This document shows, piece by piece, positions 40,533-53,057 of a stretch of 64,000 bases of DNA (positions within the stretch are counted from its first letter, which is position 1; each line of letters opens with the position of its first letter). Below the pieces are notes generated by a model. The model saw only the letters and a program-made list of their open reading frames with translations, made no database searches and had not been told where the DNA came from. The stretch spans positions 571,176 through 635,175 of the forward strand of contig JAAOMT010000597.1 of assembly GCA_016748015.1 (NCBI GenBank), in the 5' to 3' direction. Source of the stretch: Geosiphon pyriformis uo1. Lineage: Eukaryota > Fungi > Glomeromycota. The translations under genes were made by a program, and so were the position numbers.

Positions 40533-41540
40533 TGTTATGAATAAACTTGGTGGATTAATATAGTAATATTTAGTTTCTTAAATTTGTATAAAGAAATCTG
40601 AAGATTTTTATTTAAGATACTTGAAGTAAGTTAGTAATATTAATTTTTAAAAATTTTTATTAATTTTATCTATGAAGTTCTTTAATTATAAGACACAAAA
40701 AAGTGTTTTAACTGTTTACAGCTTAAGTATGTAAGCTATCTTTTTCAAGTTAGTCAAACACAATTATTAGGATTTGACAGTGTTTTTTTCATTTTTTAGT
40801 AAGTTAATAAGATAATGTTAATATTCAATTTTAAAGAGAGCTTCTTTTTTTTACCAAGCTATAATAAAGTTTATTTTCAGACAGTCAATTTTATAATTGC
40901 TTTACAAGATAAAAATAAAATAAAATAAAATAAAAATAAAATAAAAATAAAAATTAATATCATTAATTGTTATGATCAATAGTGATTAGTCTAAGTTATT
41001 ATTATTTAAAACGTTTTTATGCTAAGAACATTTGACCAGAAACAAAGATAAGAGAATAATTAACTCAATTTAAACATAAAATTAATAGATTATAGATAAG
41101 TGATTTTTTTGATTTCGAATATTTTCTTTATTTGAAGTAATATAAATGTATAAGTAAAATAAATCTGATAAATATAAGTAAAAAAATGTATTTTTTATTT
41201 ATTTTTGTCTTTCTGTTTGTTGGCCTGTCTTTTTTTATTACTAAAACAACTTGTTTTTATACATATTTCTAGTTTTACAAGATTGTTTTCAATTACTTGT
41301 TATTATTAACTATTGCTTTCTATTTTTGTTATATCTTTTTTTTTATATTATAATTATTTATCTTATTTTACAGCTAGTTATTCTGTACTATTTTATATTA
41401 TTGTGTATTATTTTCTATTATCTTGAGTTATAATGTATTATTCTGTATTATTTTATATTATTACATTTTTCTAAGTTATCATATTTTCTAATTATGTTTT
41501 TTTCAATATTTTTTAAATTGGTTTTTCTACTTAAATAATA
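40533..41540 (-). repeat. 3' LTR of Gypsy-3 (LTR family B)
   Basis: TGTTAT starts where LINE homology stops; ATAATA at 41535-41540 abuts a PPT homologous to 7630; only one copy, so the ends are inferred. Confidence 0.7.
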
Positions 41541-44500
41541 TTATTTCTTTTTTTTAAAATTAAGTTTTTGCAAGATTATATGTATCTGTAAAAATTGTTT
41601 TTTTAGTATAATATTCAATTGTTGTGTTTAGTATTGCTTTTTATAAGTCTTTAAACTGTGAGTTTGTTATTTGTTCTATGCTGTTAACTGTAATAGTTTT
41701 TAGTATACTATCTAACAGTATGACTGGATAGTGTTTAAAGACTGCATATAATTAGTAAATTGCTTTGTAATATAGTGTTAAATTGTTTTTTTCTACAAAT
41801 TCTTCTATTTATTTAAAAGCTTTTCTGCTAAAAATTTGTCTATTAAAGTCTTTATATAATGTTCTTAATCCTAATTATTTACTAATTTTAAAAGACTAGT
41901 AGATTAATAAAAGTTTTTTTTTTCACTCTTTGGCATTTTTTGGTGTCTATTTTTCTGTTATTAGTTCTAAGTTTAATTTGTTTAACATATATCTTTTTTT
42001 TTCTTTAATTGTTTATAAAAATAAAAACACTCAGTTTTAATTGAACTCTCTTCTACTTCTTATTTGTACAAATTTCTGTATTGTATCTTTTTTTTATTAA
42101 TTGTAATTTTAATTAGTGTTGTAAATTGTTGAATTGTTTCAAATAGTTGTTTTAAGAGTCTTAAAATTTAATCTAAGAGATTTATATTAAAAGTTTTATT
42201 ATTTTTTTTCTATTGTTTTGGTCTTTATATATACTTAAATTTTTTAATTTAAATTATTACATATTGATTATGTTTTAATAATAATAATTGATTCTAAATC
42301 TTTTAGTATATCTTCTGGTCTGATTAATAAAATTTGCATTCCTAATTAAGATATAAATAACAATAATTTTTGGTTAATATAATAAATTTTCAGTTGATTT
42401 CTGTGTTATTTTTTTAAAATTTTGTCTTTTAATTATAATTTATAAGCTTTGTTGCTTAAAATTTTGTGTATATAAAATGGTCTGTTCTATTTTGGGTCAA
42501 ACTTTTCACTTCATTGTTTTTCAGCTTTAGTATAATATAATAATACTTTGTTTTTAATCTTAAATTTAACTGGTTAATTAGGTAGATAATTATTATATTT
42601 TTTTTCTGTTGTTTCTGAGTATTATTAATATTGTTAGCTGTTATTCTACTATTGTTTTCTAATGTTTCTATAAGTTAATATGTTCTTTGGTATAAAATAG
42701 CTTTTAAATTCTTTTAAGTGATTGTTTCTGTCAGAAAAAAAGATATTTTTTGTTCAATAAGTAGAATAGTTTTTCTTTTATAGACTAATTTGAATAATAT
42801 AAACTGAACAGTATTTTACTTTAGTATTTGATATGTAAATAATACAGAAAGTATAAATAAGTTTTATATTTGTGTATTTTTGTAACTTATTTTTGTTAAT
42901 GCTTTATACAATATTCAATTAAATTTTTCTATCAGTCTGTTTATTTGTAAGTAATATAATAATAATAATAATTACTTTATTTTAAATTATTAGCTTAGTT
43001 TAGTTAATATATTATTAACAAAATAAGTTTTTTGGTCAGATAATAATTTTTTTGGGCATCTATATCAATAAATCAGATTTTGATACACGAATTTAGCTAT
43101 TGTTTTAGCATTGGCTACTAGAATAGCTCTGGTTTTAGGTCATTTGATAAGATAATCTATAGTTATAGTAATGTAATAATTTCTTTTGAATATAATTAAA
43201 AGAGAACCAACCAAATTAATCTTAATTCTATTATATAAATTTTCAATTAAAATAGATTAAAATAATTCTGTGGTTTTGGCTTTTTTCTTTATTGACATGT
43301 ATTATAGTTAATAATATACTCAAAGATATTTTTATATATTGTTAATTAATAATATAAATTTATTGTTCTTTTTAGAGTAGCATTTTTGTTGAAATATCTT
43401 ATAATTGAATTAGAGTGTATGTTATACAAAACAGTTTTTTTCATTGTTTTTTATAATTTATTATAAAGTATTGTGGTTTTGGCATTTTTAATGATATAAT
43501 TAGTTGTTCTAAATAAAATAATTATAAATTTGTTTCCATATAATACTTTGTTTTTGTTAAGATAATTTTTTTTTGAATTATAGTGTTAATAGATACTGGT
43601 ATAATTACTGATAGGTGGTTGTATTCATGAGTCTAATGTCAAATTTGTATTATTCTTAACAAACTATTAGAATTGGTATTCTTGGTTCTTTTCTTATAAT
43701 GTACTTTGTATAAAAATTATTGTAAATAAATATTCTATCATATATATTTTCTTTTTAATTGTGGCTTGCTAAATAATTAAATAAGTTTTTTGTGATTTAT
43801 ATATAGGTTAAATAGTTAGTAAAAATAGTGTCTCCAATTTTGTATTGCTTAGTAAATGGTAAAACATTCTAAATCTATTATACTATATATATTTTCTACT
43901 GTATCAGTATTATAACTGGCATAAATGATTAGATGTTCTTAATTATCCAGTTTAATTTATAACAGAACAGCTCCTAGTGCATTTTTTAAAATATTCATAA
44001 CAATAATAAAGTGTTTATTAAAGTCTAAATAAATTAATATAGGTATTTTTATTAGATATTGTTTAAGATAATTGAAAATTTTTTGCTGTGTTTTTTTTCA
44101 TAATATGGAATATATTTTGACAGCAATTAATAGAATGATTTTGCAATGTTCAAAAAATCTTAAACAAATCTGTAATAATATCTGACCAGTTCTTAAAATC
44201 TTTTTAATTCTTACAAATTAGTTGAGACTGAAAAGTTTTTAACTTTTTTTATCTTATTTAGATTTGGTTTTACTCTATTTTTTTTCTTTTATGTGTTTTA
44301 AAAATTTTAGTTCAGTTTTTTTAAAGAAATATTTGTTCAGATTCAGCTTTAGTTTAATACTTTAAAGTTAATTAAAAACTTGTTGGAGGTAAAACAAATA
44401 GTTATTAAATGTTTCAAAAAATATATTGGTATTATTTAGGTATACTACAACTAATTTTCAAAGAATTTTTTTATACACAATATTCATGAAATATTAAAAG

Positions 44501-45479
44501 ATAGCTGGGACATTACAAAGTTTAAAAAGCATTATATTAAATTTAAAGTTTTTGTTTTATGTAGTAAATGCCGTTTTTTTGTCTTTGGGGTCCATTTCAA
44601 TTTGCCAATATTCATTTGTTAAGTCTAAAGAAGAGAACCACTTTTTATTTCTTAAGTTATTCAGAATTTTTTGAATAAAAAAAGTTAGATAGCTATCTTT
44701 TTAAGTAATATTATTGAGTTTTTAGTTATTTATACAAATCTGTATTTTTTTATTCTTTTTGATAACTAATACTATTGGAAAGCTTTAAAATTTAATAATT
44801 TTTTGATTAACTTATTGTTTAATATTCTTGTATCTTTTGTTTAATTAGATTGTCACTTATTAGAGTTATTTAATAGACCCATTATTTGATAAATCTGGTA
44901 TTTTCTCTGTTGATTTGATGTTTTATAATATTAGTACATCCAAATTTGTTTTTATTAACAAAAATATTGATGTATTAATTCAAAAAAACTTTAAATTATA
45001 TTTGTTATAATGTACTTAAGTTTTTCAAGTTTAATTTGGTGATTTTTTTCAGTGTAAACAGATAGTTTTTTTTTGGCAAGTTCTATACTTACAAAATAAT
45101 ATTATAAAATAAAAACAATTGTGTGAAGTTTGAAATAGACTTAGATCTTTTAGGATTCAGAAAAATAGAACTAATAAAAATTTTTTTGGAAATCTTAATA
45201 ATATTTTTAATAAAATTATAGATAAAGATTTTGAAGTGTTTATAAGCTTTGGCAGATATATATAGATTAACAATATCAGCTAAAGAACAAATTTTTAGGT
45301 TAGTCAAATAAAAAAATTTGATTCTGAATTTTTCGATTCACTTTTAGATTATACTATTAATATAGGGGAATAAAGATAATTGTATTAATATAGATAAATT
45401 TTATCTTATTATTATTATCTTTTATAAAATTAACTGATACATTTTCTCTTTTACTTAATTTGAATTTTTTAATTTCTTA

Positions 45480-45845
45480 AGCAGTAAAATCTAATTTCTT
45501 ATACATGGTAATTAAAATTAATTGCTGTATTTTTACAAGGGACAAAAAGATAGCTTGAGCAATTTTTTCTTGTAATTCAATTATAAAGTTTATTAAATTG
45601 TTCTGTAGTATTATAATAATGTTTTCTGTATATTCTAAGTTAATAATTTCTCTTTTTATGTTAATTTTTTTTTACAAGACTAAACTATAATACAACTTAG
45701 ACTATAATATTAATAAGAGTTTTTAAGTTATTTTTATATCTATTTTTACAAAGGAATGAAGTGTTATAACTACAAAAAATTGTTTAAGATATTTTAAATT
45801 GAATTTAGCATTGTTTTTATGTATTTTTTTGGAATATATTTTATT
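45480..45845 (-). pseudogene. dUTPase domain of Gypsy-3
   Basis: NAKFNL (motif I, DAGFDL), REIINLEYTENI (motif III) and intact EKIAQAIFL (motif IV). Confidence 0.82.
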
Positions 45846-47449
45846 ATTATTATTACTATATCATTTTAATTCTAATTTTTTAAAGAGGTTAAGATAGGTA
45901 AAATACTATTCTATTTTAGTAGCCTTATTTGACTCTTAAAATAACAAGTTCTTAGTTATAAGCTTATATTTTTTTTTGAGTTTTGGTAATTTGGAAATGA
46001 ATTAAACAAAAAATTACACTTGTTATAGTACTAAAAATAGTAAAAAATCAAGTAATATTCACACAATTTTGTATCAAAGTCTGATAGTCTTTGTTTTTAT
46101 TCTTCTTGAGTAAAAGCCAGTTCTTAATAACAGTCTTAAAATGCTTTAAAATTATCTGTAAATAAGTTATTTATCTTTTTAATAGTTAATAACACATTTT
46201 TTATGATGTATATTTCCTTAATTGTAATGTTCTTCCATTTTGTTATGGCCATGTTCAAAATTTTTTTTATTGTGAAAGTATAAATTCAGTTAATTTATTG
46301 CTTAACTATAGACTATAATGAATAGAGTTTTTTTTGGACCCAGTTATTAATTAGAATAGTGTATTGACAGAATTTGTCACATGTTTTTCTTCTATTAAAG
46401 ATATTATTTCATAGTTTTTTATCTAGTAAAATTTTATTACATGTAAAGTATAGCATATTGTTCTATTTGTTTTGCTATTTTGGTTAATTAAATTGTTTTA
46501 ATACACAAAATTAACAATAATATTTGATAACAATAGGCCATATTTTATTGTTTTTAATATAGACATCTATTGAAAATAACTTCTTTTTACAATTAATACA
46601 GATTAATTTTGGAAATCAATATAATAAATTTTATTAATTTAGAATTAGGTAAATTAATGATGATTCTTAAAGTTTTTTGTTAGTCTTTTTTTATCTTTTT
46701 TTTCTAATATAAAAGATAATAGTAACTTTGTTCTGTAATTATTAGCCCAAGAAACTTGATAAGTTTTTAAAGTTAATTAAAGAATAAGTTTTTTGAATTC
46801 GATTTGAAATTGTTCTAGAACTATTATTCTGAAGTGTCTATATGTAATAAATACTCTTGTGTATTGTCTGTTAAAAGCAATTTGAAGTTTTTGGGTTTTT
46901 CAATTAAGTATAGCATAAGTTTTAGTTAACTAGTCATTTCTTATAAGAACTTAATACTAAGTAGTTTTTATAACAAGTATTCTAATTAAGATGTTAATTC
47001 TGTGAATTTTGAAGAGAAAATTATTGATCTTTTCTATTAGTGTTTTGGTATTTTCATTTATAGTAATTATTTTAGCAGTAGCTGTATAATCTATTCAGTA
47101 ACTTAGTTGATTCATAATATTAAACAACTTAATAAATTATTTTATGTTTTATAAGTATTATTTGACTATTAACTATTTTTATATAACATAATTATTATAT
47201 ATTAAATAGAAATTTTATTATATATAACATATAAATAACTACTTAAATACTTTGAATTAAACACAAAAAAAACTTTCGTGTTTTTATTTTATTAATACAG
47301 CTATTCAAATAATTGTCTTTAACAATAAACTTATTTATTTAAATTTTTATAGCTTTTATATTAGTTTTAATTTCTGTTTTTTGGTAGTTTTAAAAACCAC
47401 TAAATTAGTAAAATTTAACTTAATAGCTTTATTATTATTATATAATAAA

Positions 47450-48950
47450 ATAACACTAAACTTGTTTTTAAATTTAAAGAATTTTTTAAACATAATAGTA
47501 ATTATTTTACTAAAATCTTTAATTTATGTTTTTAATAATAAAATTTAAGAATTTGGCTTTACAATAAAATTTTTTTAATAACCAAAAAAAAGCAGCCAAT
47601 ACAATTAAAAAATCAATAAACTTAATTATAAATCTTATAAAACAAAATAATTTTTGCAATAAATTTTTTAGAAAAACCAATTTAGAATTTAAAACAATAA
47701 AGTTATTTAATACAAAAAAAACCAAAATTTTAACATATAAAACTAAATTAATAAAATATTTTCCAAAATTTTTAAACAATACAAAAAATATAATACCTGA
47801 TTTTAGTAAATTAATAAAAACCACTTTATAGTTAAAAATCAAATAATTTACATTTTAACATTTATATAAATATCTAAATTTAAAAATTTTCTATTAAATA
47901 TAACTTTTTCTTAAAATACTAACTTAAACAATTATTGTATTAAAAACTTTTTTGAATTTAAAAGTAACAATATCAAATTTTTGACAATAATTAAATAATT
48001 GTTTTTCTAATATTACTAATAACAATATTATTAAAAAACAAAAAAAAATCTTTGATTTCTATTTGGTTAGCTTAATTTTTCAGATTAGTAATTCAATAAA
48101 GTTGATTAAGTAGAAACACATACAAAAACATAACTTATTTTGTATTCAGAACTGTTAATAATTGGCTGAAAAATAACATATTAATAATATAATTAAAAAC
48201 TAATTCAAACTAAAATAAACTTATATGTTTTATTGTTATTGTTTAAAATAAAAATGTTTTTTTATTTTCAGCCATAATAGAATTAAATACTGTAATTAGT
48301 ATAGATAATATTAGATTGACAAAAAAGTCAAAAACGGCAGAAAAAATCAAAGTTTTATTGTTTACAACACTAAAATTGGCACCAAAAACACCAAAATAAA
48401 AATTTCTTAATATTTTAAAAGAATTGATATTAGACATAACAAAAATTTGGAAAGTTGTTTTTTGGTTATCTTGGTTTTTTTAATTATTTGGATAGCAATG
48501 AAAGAAAAAACCAAAAAATAACTTAGTTATTAGCTTTTATTAAATACTTTAGGACTTTAAATAATACAGAAATCACATAAATACTGTTTTAAATGACTTT
48601 GTTTAAAAGAACTTTAAAAGAGAAAAAGTTTTAATTAAAGACAAAAACAATACTCTAGAGCCAATAAAAGACTGGATTTTAACTATTTTACTTAAGAAAA
48701 ACTTCTTTACAAATTGCTATCAAGTAGTTTTAACAACTTTTTTTTATTCTTTGTTCTAGTTATAATCATAAAAATATAAGAGAAAAAAGCCAATTAAAAA
48801 TATTTTTAATCAATGTTTTTTTAAAATTTTTACTGTTGTTATTTTTTAAAACAAAACAAAATTTACTTTAAAGAATTTTTGCCTAGTTTTTAAAACTCAA
48901 TAAATTAACTTTAAACTTTATCATACTGTTTAACTGTGTTACAAAAAAAT
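47450..48950 (-). pseudogene. Decayed relic related to 14400-15700
   Basis: Patchy similarity (for example SKLVFLKNLLQKL..FIIKFIDFLIV vs FEFKFKLNFFKFIIKLISFLVI); extremely AT-rich. Confidence 0.35.
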
Positions 48951-50582
48951 ATAAATAACAATTTTATTAACAGAAAAGTTTTGTTTCAATTTTTATTAAG
49001 ATAATTTTTGTTGTTTTTAAAACATTATTTTATAGTTAAAAATGTTTAAATATTAGGTAATAATTTATTTAACAAATTTTATTGTCGAATTCTTTTTGAC
49101 ATTTTTGCAAACATTATTTTGGGCTGATTAGCATTTTTTATGTTCCCAGTTTTTTTTTTAATTTTTCGGATAATTGTAAAAAATTTTAGTTACTATCTGT
49201 ATTTTCTTAGTAAAATGTATCTTATGAGTATAAGTTAGTTTAATATTGTAATTTACAAAAAATAGCAAAAGGTGAGAATATTTCAAAAATATTTTTTATT
49301 TGCATATTTTGTAACACATTTATTTGAATTTTTATTAATTAAATTTTTTCAATATTTTTATTCTAAAATTTGAAAATTCAAAAATGTTGGAAAAAGTTAC
49401 TGAGTTCAAGTTTTGATTATTGCTAATAATAAATAAAATTTTAAGTATATAATTTTTTAATTAATGCTTCATGTTCTGGTTTTAAAAAAATAATTTTATG
49501 AATTTATTATTGCCATTATTGTAAATTTAAAATAATAATCAACTTTTATCAGAGGAATATTTGACCAATTTTATTGTGTAATCAATAGTTTCGATGCAAT
49601 TTAAAAACAATTATGTCAATATTCGACAAATTTTTTTTTGGATTGTCCCAAGAAATCATACTCTGCATTCAAAAATCCTTGATTGATTCTACATTCAGAT
49701 TTTTTGTTATAGTGATGATGAATAGTTGGTTTTCATAAGTGCCAATGAACTAGAAATCAGTATGGAAATAAATCAATTTCTTTGTTTTTGGAGTTTTGAT
49801 CTAAGATTTTCCATCAGGTTCTTTACGAAAAAGAATGTAATTTTTTTTGATATGAAGATGATGAACAAATAAATGTCACATGATTAGTTTGGCTGTCATT
49901 AAATCTTATAAGAAAGTCGATAAATCTGCGAAATGTTGAAGTTTTTAAAGAAAACAAATTTCTTAATAGATTTTTTAACAAGAGGGGGACTTTTCGTTTT
50001 AATTTGCTAAAATTAGAACATAACCTAAACGTGCAACTTTAACCTCTAGATGTGCCAACAAGAATTCTAAGACCTTCGCCCCAACCAGGTATTGTATAGT
50101 ATTGCTAAACTTTAAATTAAACACACAAAATAGAAAAACGAATTTAGACATTTCAAAGCTGACATGACTCACACTGCAGATCAACCATATAAAATGTTTT
50201 GAGACCGCATTCGATTCATAGATTTTGGGACTAAAAAAAATTAATATTTGCTTTATAAAATGTAGATTTTAATATAAAATTTCCTTCCTGATCACCTTTG
50301 CCACTTTGTTCGAATCATCTTATTCCCACGCGATTTCATCATTGTGTTGTAAATTTGAATCAAATACTCATCATGTTGTAATTAACAGTCATTGACGTAT
50401 TTTATCGTTTAATGAAGTCATGTTGAAGTCACAGAATGGTCAGCATTTTTATTAAGTGTTCTTACATATTTATACAACACCCGATCCCTCACAACTTTCT
50501 AAAATATCACTAATCGCTATTAAAAAAATACTTATCCTAACTCTTAACACTTTTATCAACTCTTTTAACACTTATCTAAATT

Positions 50583-50911
50583 ATGGCCTCTCGACATCAT
50601 AAAGAAGCTCCCGAGAGTCATGCTCAACCTGTGAAAGCCGATACTCATGAAGAAAGAAGCGAACGCTCATACAAAGCTGTTGCACATAATCCAACTGTTT
50701 CTCACGAGGCTCGGTGAGCAGATTGGATATTGGATATAGAAAAAAATATTTTCGCTAAACTAATGCATTTTACCTTTTTTTATATAGAATGCACGCAGCT
50801 GAAAAACTTGCTGAAATGCACGAAGCTCGCACTGGTGAAAAGATTGACCCGGCAAACGAGGCAGCTATTGGGGATGAGAAGGCAAGATCTCGTGAGTCAG
50901 ATACTCGCTGA
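50583..50911 (+). CDS. Small hydrophilic Con-6-like (conidiation protein 6 family) protein, 84 aa, 2 exons (50583-50713, 50788-50911)
   Basis: GTGAGC..CTAAT..TAG intron of 74 nt; spliced product MASRHHKEAPESHAQPVKADTHEERSERSYKAVAHNPTVSHEARMHAAEKLAEMHEARTGEKIDPANEAAIGDEKARSRESDTR; KAVAHNPTVSHEAR fits the Con-6 repeat KAxLHNPxVSxEAK. Confidence 0.85.
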
Positions 50912-52021
50912 TTCTAAAAGGTTAGTCACAAATTCTTTTATTATGAATTTATACCATGGTATAATAGGTATAATAAGTATAACGAAGCTAAATTAATAAT
51001 CTGATTGACTAGGCTACATTTCAAATACCAATAACTATTTAGACTCGATTTGTCAAAAGAGTTCAATTCTTTGTTAAACTACGCAAGCTAATAATCGTGA
51101 CGTTTTATGAGTCAGTTTTATTTCGTTAGAGTTTGCTATCAGAATATAATCTTTAAAGTCCCGAAATATGTGAAATTTGAAAAAGATAATTGTGTATTTG
51201 AGAAAATCTTTTACTTTAAAATGATCGCATCATTTAAATGCAAATATTTTATCAATTACACATGTGTTTATGAAAAAAATGGATATGAAGATTGTATAGA
51301 AGAAAAAAAAGATAATCCCTTTTATAAGCTCACTTAAAATTAAAGAAAATCTTAATGAAGTTAATATTTGTGTAGAATTCATTAATCATGGATTAGCCTT
51401 TAGGGATTCAAATATAATAAATATAATTTCCTCTGGATTTCAATTATATTTTTAATTCTTTAAAACACGTATGGGAGATTTAGGTTTTCTCGACTTTTAG
51501 CACTTTTAACTTAGAGGAATAGGTTCAGCCATATATCTTCAAACTCGAAACAAAAAGTTGTACAATACTTTTGCCGGCCTAATTGAACGCTCAATTTTGT
51601 GAATTAAAGGTAATTTGTCTCTAAAATTGAAGTAATAGCTGTGAGATTAAGTGAAAATTTAAAAACAAAATCTTCTATCTGTTCACAAAATATGGAATTT
51701 TTAAGGGAGAAAGAAAATTTTAAATCCAGTGTTGTAAGCATATATGGATACTATCAAAAACTAAATTTAGTGATTGAGTAAACTTTTGTAAAGTTGATAG
51801 AAAAATTAAAGTATTAAAATTATAAACTTTACTTGATCGAATTCAATAGAAAACTTATTAACTTCATTATATTTTCCAACAAATCAATAAAGAAACCAAC
51901 CCACAATTTTAGCATTACTTATTCGAAACAAAAAAAATTTTAAATTCTTAAACCTTTTTAATAAATAATTCAATGATCTATTTAGAAAACGTAGTTTTAT
52001 AAATCTTTTATACATTGAAAA

Positions 52022-52640
52022 TACAGTTCCCATGGAAAGTAATATTGGCAAAACCATTAAAAAATTTTCTATGTTACCAATCTCCTTACAGAATTGGCCA
52101 ACGCATAAATATTATTTTTGTTTACCCTTAATGTTACGCAACCTCTGCTGCTACCCTTTTTTTATCCATACCAATGCAGCTTAACCGTGTAAAATCGAAC
52201 TGTTAAGGTGTTAACTACTTTTGAGTCAATGGTCCCCACAATGAAACCGAAATTGCCAAACAAACTTTTGTTCTTTTTGCTCCTATCAATGTTTACGTCG
52301 CCCCAATTTGGAAAATGGCTCAATTTCAGTTATTCATCGTTCTGGTCATTTACAAGCTTACTTTTCGCAAATGTTGCCCGATCAACAAAATGGCACACAG
52401 AAATCCTTTCGTTATAGCAGCCAAATTCAAAGTCCTCAATGAAATACATCCAGGTTGAAGTCAGCAAATAAACTGTGCAAAAAAAGTTCTCAAGGCTTGG
52501 CTATATTGTTATTCTGTTAAAGCCTTTGATAATAATTTCTATGATACTTTTATGACATTTTCTGTTATGGTCATTATATAGCCCGGATGTCAATCTCATT
52601 GAGAATATTTGGGTATCTCAAAGTATAATATAGAGAAAAA
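52022..52640 (+). mobile_element. Internally deleted Tc1/mariner (IS630-Tc1) transposon relic
   Basis: TA|CAGT candidate left end; fragments EIAKQT, ENGSISVIHRSGH, VSK*TVQKKFSRLGY..KPL, and WSLYSPDVNLIENIW at 52568-52612 (canonical WPxxSPDLNPIENxW). Confidence 0.75.
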
Positions 52641-52777
52641 ATTGAAAGTGAATTTTAACAATACAATTAAAAAAAAGAAAAAGAACAGAAATTGAATTGA
52701 ATTTGAAAAAACGAAAGTTATAACTTTATTTTTTAGCTTTGAAAGATTTTATTTTATATAGTTAATAAATGACCAAA

Positions 52778-52874
52778 TTAATAATTAAATTAACAATTAG
52801 GTTAATAATCAGATTAATAATTGAGTTAACAATTAAGTTAAAAATTAAGTTAAATAATTAAATTAATAATTAAT
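52778..52874. repeat. 12-bp AT-rich minisatellite, about 8 copies (TTAAYAATTAAG)
   Basis: ttaataattaaa, ttaacaattagg, ttaataatcaga, ttaataattgag, ttaacaattaag, ttaaaaattaag and further units. Confidence 0.75.
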
Positions 52875-53020
52875 TATAAAAATATAATGGGTAATATATA
52901 AAATTAATAGTTAATACATAATTAATATAAATAAAATAACTATTATAAAATCAATAAAAACATATTAATTATAATTTTATGTTTTATAATAAACAGTTTT
53001 TTCACTTTTTTTTCCATACC

Positions 53021-53025
<5 letters not shown>

Positions 53026-53057
<32 letters not shown>
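53026..53057. repeat. (TTA)n microsatellite
   Basis: About 10 TTA units; could be the tail of an unrecognised minus-strand non-LTR relic. Confidence 0.85.

Larger units (their letters stand above)
40533..47120 (-). mobile_element. Ty3/Gypsy element 3 (different LTR family), degenerate, gag and 5' LTR missing
   Basis: Minus-strand order: protease C-half (about 46830-47120), Cys-rich region, dUTPase, RT, RNase H, integrase, extra frame, PPT, LTR. Confidence 0.85.

Noticed and set aside
50730-50996. 88-aa ORF in the track
   Set aside because: It starts in the intron and is off-frame to the spliced Con-6-like gene
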